Part shown: positions 60,287 through 64,000 of the stretch, piece by piece
Position numbering within the stretch: the first letter of the stretch is position 1
Layout: the number at the start of each line of letters is the position of its first letter
Assembly (NCBI GenBank): GCA_038131935.1
Contig: JAYPQH010000027.1
Coordinates: forward strand, 19,376 to 83,375
Origin: Alphaproteobacteria bacterium
GTDB taxonomy: Bacteria; Pseudomonadota; Alphaproteobacteria; UBA8317
Reading direction: 5' to 3'
DNA: 64,000 nt
The notes under the pieces: model-generated
What the model saw: only the letters and a program-made list of their open reading frames with translations
What the model was told of the DNA's origin: nothing
Databases searched by the model: none
Position numbers and translations under genes: made by a program

Positions 60287-61681
60287 TCAGGCTTTAGGAG
60301 CAATCATGAGTTCAGGGCGTACGAGTTTGTCAAAAGTTTCTTCATCGACAAAACCAAGGCCAATGGCCTCTTCACGTAAAGTTGTGCCATTTTTGTGGGC
60401 CGTTTTTGCGACCAAAGTGGCATTGTCGTAACCAATGCTTGGTGCAAGTGACGTCACAAGCATCAGAGATTGCTCTAACAAATCACCGATACGCCGCTCG
60501 TTGGCTTCTATACCTTCAACACAATGTTGCGCAAAGCTATCACATGCATCTCCAAGCAAACGAATAGAACGCAAAAGGTTCCAGATCATAACAGGCTTGT
60601 AAACATTTAGCTCGAAATGGCCTTGGCTGCCTGCCATGGTTATTGCTGTATGGTTTCCTACCACTTCACAGCAAACCATGGTCATTGCTTCACATTGTGT
60701 CGGGTTCACCTTACCTGGCATAATGGATGATCCTGGCTCGTTTTCAGGAAGACTTAATTCGCCAATTCCGCAACGAGGGCCAGAACCTAATAAACGAATA
60801 TCATTGGCGATCTTAAAAAGACTTGTCGCCACGGTATTTAGGCCGCCAGAGGCGTCAACAATGGCATCATGAGCGGCTAATGCTTCAAACTTATTTTCTG
60901 CTGTGGTGAACGGCATACCAGTAATCATCGCGATGTTTTCAGCTACTTTTTCTGCAAAACCTGGTTTTGTATTGAGGCCTGTTCCAACTGCAGTTCCCCC
61001 TTGTGCCAATGCAAACAGGCCATCCATGCTGCGTTTGACCCTCGCTATTCCATAGCGCACCTGGGTTGCGTAGCCTCCAAATTCCTGCCCCAAGGTCAGT
61101 GGGGTGGCATCCATCGTGTGGGTCCGTCCAATTTTGACGATGTCTTCGAATGCTTCTGTTTTAGACTCAAGAGCCGCAAGTAAACGTTCCATCCCTGGTA
61201 AAAGAACATCTTGGATTTCTGCAATAGCGGCCACATGCATGGCAGTGGGGAATGTATCGTTAGAAGATTGTGATTTGTTGACGTGATCATTCGGGTGGAC
61301 GGGGTCTTTGCTGCCAAGTGTGCCACCGAGTATTTCTATTGCACGGTTTGAGATCACTTCGTTGGCATTCATATTAGACTGGGTGCCTGAACCTGTTTGC
61401 CAGACAACGAGAGGGAAATGGTCATCTAGCTTTCCCTCATGAACTTCTTGTGCGGCAGCAATGATCGCGTCAGCAAGATGAGGATCCAATGTGCCTAAAT
61501 CTTTGTTGGCTTGTGCGCAGGCATGTTTTACAACGCCTAAGGCACGGACAACAGCTATGGGCATCCGCTCGCCTGCAATTGCAAAATTTTGCAATGAGCG
61601 CTGTGTTTGTGCGCCCCAATAACGATCACTCGGTACGTTAAGTGGGCCAAAGGAATCTGTTTCAGTACGCGTGTCTGTCAT
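60287..61681 (-). CDS. fumC: Class II fumarate hydratase FumC
   Basis: [40 protein letters not shown]. Confidence 0.97.
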   Translation of the reverse strand: MTDTRTETDSFGPLNVPSDRYWGAQTQRSLQNFAIAGERMPIAVVRALGVVKHACAQANKDLGTLDPHLADAIIAAAQEVHEGKLDDHFPLVVWQTGSGTQSNMNANEVISNRAIEILGGTLGSKDPVHPNDHVNKSQSSNDTFPTAMHVAAIAEIQDVLLPGMERLLAALESKTEAFEDIVKIGRTHTMDATPLTLGQEFGGYATQVRYGIARVKRSMDGLFALAQGGTAVGTGLNTKPGFAEKVAENIAMITGMPFTTAENKFEALAAHDAIVDASGGLNTVATSLFKIANDIRLLGSGPRCGIGELSLPENEPGSSIMPGKVNPTQCEAMTMVCCEVVGNHTAITMAGSQGHFELNVYKPVMIWNLLRSIRLLGDACDSFAQHCVEGIEANERRIGDLLEQSLMLVTSLAPSIGYDNATLVAKTAHKNGTTLREEAIGLGFVDEETFDKLVRPELMIAPKA

Positions 61682-61692
61682 GGACGATCTCC

Positions 61693-62151
61693 TCAGTTGT
61701 CCTCGGGGTTTTTGCGAAAGGCATCAAGTGAAATAACATCTGCTTTTTGTTCATTATTGGCGGATTTCTGGAATGGTTCATTATCATCTGGGTCATTTGT
61801 AACGACCTCAAATTGTAAAGCAAATAGGGGTTCTGAGGGATCCCTAAAATGGACTAAGGATCGAAAAGGGAAATACAGACGCTCCGGTTTTCCTTGAAAT
61901 GTTAATGTGACCCCAAAACCATCTTCACTTACACGTAAATCAGAAAACTGGTGCTGAAGAACGATCGTGATGGTGTCTGGATGTTTTGCGCGAAGATGAT
62001 GGGGTAGCATCACACCAATATGATGGGTAACCGCGGTGATATAAAAATGGTTTTCTCCGCGCAGCCCATTTTTAGCCACATCATCCAAAACACGTCGAAC
62101 CACATCCAGTAGAGCTTCATTCATAATCGCGCTGTAATCAATTCCAGTCAT
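61693..62151 (-). CDS. sspB: ClpXP specificity-enhancing factor SspB (alphaproteobacterial type)
   Basis: [21 protein letters not shown]...ALQF, C-terminal VISLDAFRK. Confidence 0.92.
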   Translation of the reverse strand: MTGIDYSAIMNEALLDVVRRVLDDVAKNGLRGENHFYITAVTHHIGVMLPHHLRAKHPDTITIVLQHQFSDLRVSEDGFGVTLTFQGKPERLYFPFRSLVHFRDPSEPLFALQFEVVTNDPDDNEPFQKSANNEQKADVISLDAFRKNPEDN

Positions 62152-62235
62152 ATCATTTTCCAGTTTATGGTTTGCATGCTTTTGACACAGAAATGATGGG
62201 ACTTGGCAAGCAAAACCAACATGACTGATGAAAGA

Positions 62236-62603
62236 AAAGTGAGGGCTTTGTTGCCAGGCGCCCTCGAGCCCCGCCTAGAGGGACTTAACCGCTAGGAGTT
62301 TTATTCAGGCCAACTGCCGTTAGGCAGCAACAGCCAAAGCTTCGTTGTCGTTTGCAACTATTGCTTGTTGAACATTAACGGCGTGTCTCACCGAGTAGCC
62401 TCGAACCCTTTATTGCGCCCGTCGATCCCAAATCACCCCCATCAAGAACATCCAGCTGCCCGTTTCTGTTAACCGCGGGCTTATCTATCCTAACACCGCA
62501 ATGGCAGCGGCATGAGACTCCTTATCTAGGATGCTCTTGGTGGAGGTGGTGGCGTCGAAGCCACGTCCGGCACGCCTATTCTGATCTTTGGTTTACTACC
62601 ATT
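62236..62603 (-). ncRNA. ssrA: Two-piece (circularly permuted) tmRNA; tag ANDNEALAVAA
   Basis: The acceptor piece ends in a T-arm and CACCTCCACCA at 62538. After a 97-nt intervening segment the coding piece begins GGGGGTG at 62440, giving a G3:U pair. The tag frame 62355..62320 ends in TAA. A 3' hairpin GAGGGC/GCCCTC precedes a T-rich run. Confidence 0.95.
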
Positions 62604-62609
62604 ACCTGT

Positions 62610-62638
62610 ATTATAAACCCATGATGTGCTAATCACAA
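62610..62638 (-). promoter_or_regulatory. Sigma70-type promoter of ssrA
   Basis: Minus strand TTGTGA-17 nt-TATAAT immediately upstream of the acceptor piece. Confidence 0.7.
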
Positions 62639-62745
62639 GCATGATGGCGCGTGAGACAGCAAAAAAAGCTCCATTGCTCTTCAACGTTACATTGGGCAGG
62701 TTCGTACAAAGACGATTCACCTTCTAATTGTGGAGGCCAAAGTTA

Positions 62746-63539
62746 ATGAAAGACTATCTCGACTTGATGCAAGAGGTCTTGGACAGGGGTGACTTAAGGG
62801 AGGACCGCACGGGTGTGGGCACTTTGAGTATTTTTGGCCATCAAATGCGCTTTGACCTAGCGGCTGGATTTCCTATGATAACGACCAAAAAGGTGCATTG
62901 GAAATCAGTTGTGCATGAACTCTTATGGTTTATTCGTGGTGAGGGTAATATTCAGTACCTACGCGAGAACAAAGTTTCCATTTGGGACGAATGGGCTGAT
63001 GAACAAGGCAATTTGGGACCCGTTTATGGTGTGCAATGGCGGCAATGGAAAGGTGCAGATGGTAATGTGCATGACCAGCTCCAAGATGTTATCCATCAAA
63101 TTCGTCATAATCCCTATTCACGTCGTCATATCGTATCTGCATGGAATGTTGCTGACATCAAACAAATGGCCCTGACACCGTGCCATTTGTTGTTTCAATT
63201 TCATGTCGGGAAGGGGCGCTTGAATTGCCAATTATACCAGAGGTCAGCGGATGTATTTCTCGGTGTTCCCTTTAATATTGCGTCTTATGCATTGCTTACA
63301 CATATGATCGCCCATATTTGTGGACTACAACCTGGTGTGTTTGTGCATTCTTTGGGCGATACACATCTTTACACAAATCATTTGGAGCAGGCGCGTTTGC
63401 AGCTGACCCGGTCGCCTCGATCATTGCCAAGACTAGAAATCGTTAGGGAAAGGCAGAATATCGAAGATTTCGTTTTGATGATTTTGTCTTACATGATTAC
63501 GACCCTCACCCCCATATTAAAGCGCAGGTGGCAGTTTGA
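62746..63539 (+). CDS. thyA: Thymidylate synthase ThyA (frameshift near 63468, probably a sequencing error)
   Basis: [55 protein letters not shown]-terminal [13 protein letters not shown] lies in the shifted frame. Confidence 0.95.
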
Positions 63540-64000
63540 TGGCGCAGAAAGCTCTTTGTTCCGCTGTTGTTGCCATGGCGGCAGGTCAGGTTATCGGAGC
63601 TAACAATCAGTTAGCCTGGAAAGCTCCAGAAGATTTGAGGCATTTTAAACGGTTAACAACTGGTCATGTGGTCATTATGGGACGGAAAACATGGTCGTCA
63701 CTGGGTCGTGCCTTGCCCCAACGTGTCAATATCGTGCTCAGTCAAAAGGGAATAGAAAAACACACAGATGTTGTATCCTTTGGTCATATTGAAGATGTTT
63801 TAGAATATGCGGAGGAACAGACGCAAAGCAAGGAAAAAGAATATTTTATTTATAGAGGCGGCCAAATTTATGATCTTTTTATGCTCCATATTCAACGTAT
63901 TCATCTCACCTATGTCGATCTTCATGTCGATGGAGATACATACTTTTCATGGCCCAAAGATAAATTTTTAGGGCGTGCTGGACGGTACCGATCTGCTGAT
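63539..64000 (+). CDS. folA: Dihydrofolate reductase, 3'-truncated by the window edge (absent from the ORF track)
   Basis: Hand translation: [59 protein letters not shown]...GGQIY...HLTYVD...GDTYF. ATG overlaps the thyA TGA. Confidence 0.93.
   Translation, partial: MAQKALCSAVVAMAAGQVIGANNQLAWKAPEDLRHFKRLTTGHVVIMGRKTWSSLGRALPQRVNIVLSQKGIEKHTDVVSFGHIEDVLEYAEEQTQSKEKEYFIYRGGQIYDLFMLHIQRIHLTYVDLHVDGDTYFSWPKDKFLGRAGRYRSAD

Noticed and set aside
62526-62720. 64-aa minus-strand ORF ending in PPPPPRAS
   Set aside because: It runs through the ssrA promoter and acceptor piece. The proline run is simply the translated acceptor stem and CCA end.
62236-62746. Genomic island or prophage integrated at tmRNA
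   Set aside because: No integrase and no duplicated tmRNA end were seen, and housekeeping genes flank both sides.

Overview
Chromosomal segment of an alphaproteobacterium with roughly mid-40s %GC, judged by eye. The assignment rests on a two-piece permuted tmRNA next to sspB, a long-linker FtsZ, and the rnpB-mraZ and ftsZ-lpxC-bamD-recN-ligA synteny. Left to right it holds: the 3' part of a flagellin gene; a catabolic-looking block (class II aldolase, DapA-like aldolase, SDR, N-terminally extended flavin monooxygenase, YeeE/YedE, tcuB, tcuA, CMD-family protein, PaaI thioesterase, methyltransferase); a DMT transporter, nhaA and selO; a non-canonical photolyase/cryptochrome with a coupled 53-aa Cys4 microprotein that the ORF track missed; an aminotransferase and an MFS; a Ugp-like ABC system with a metallophosphoesterase; ettA, mlaC/mlaA, a TerB-DnaJ protein and an amidase; RNase P RNA; a complete dcw cluster; lpxC-bamD-recN-ligA; pepP, prmA, uvrD, a D-lactate-type dehydrogenase, fumC, sspB, tmRNA, thyA and folA. 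About 15 indels split genes, including essential ones (ftsW, murB, ftsA, thyA). Most sit in homopolymers, so I treat them as sequencing or assembly errors, not pseudogenes. I saw no mobile element, CRISPR array, rRNA or tRNA. Best leads: the tcuAB-YeeE-FMO module, the atypical photolyase plus DUF2256 pair, the structured 97-nt tmRNA intervening segment, and an inverted 10-bp-phased repeat array at the mraZ promoter. All family calls are from motif recognition by eye; no database search was run.
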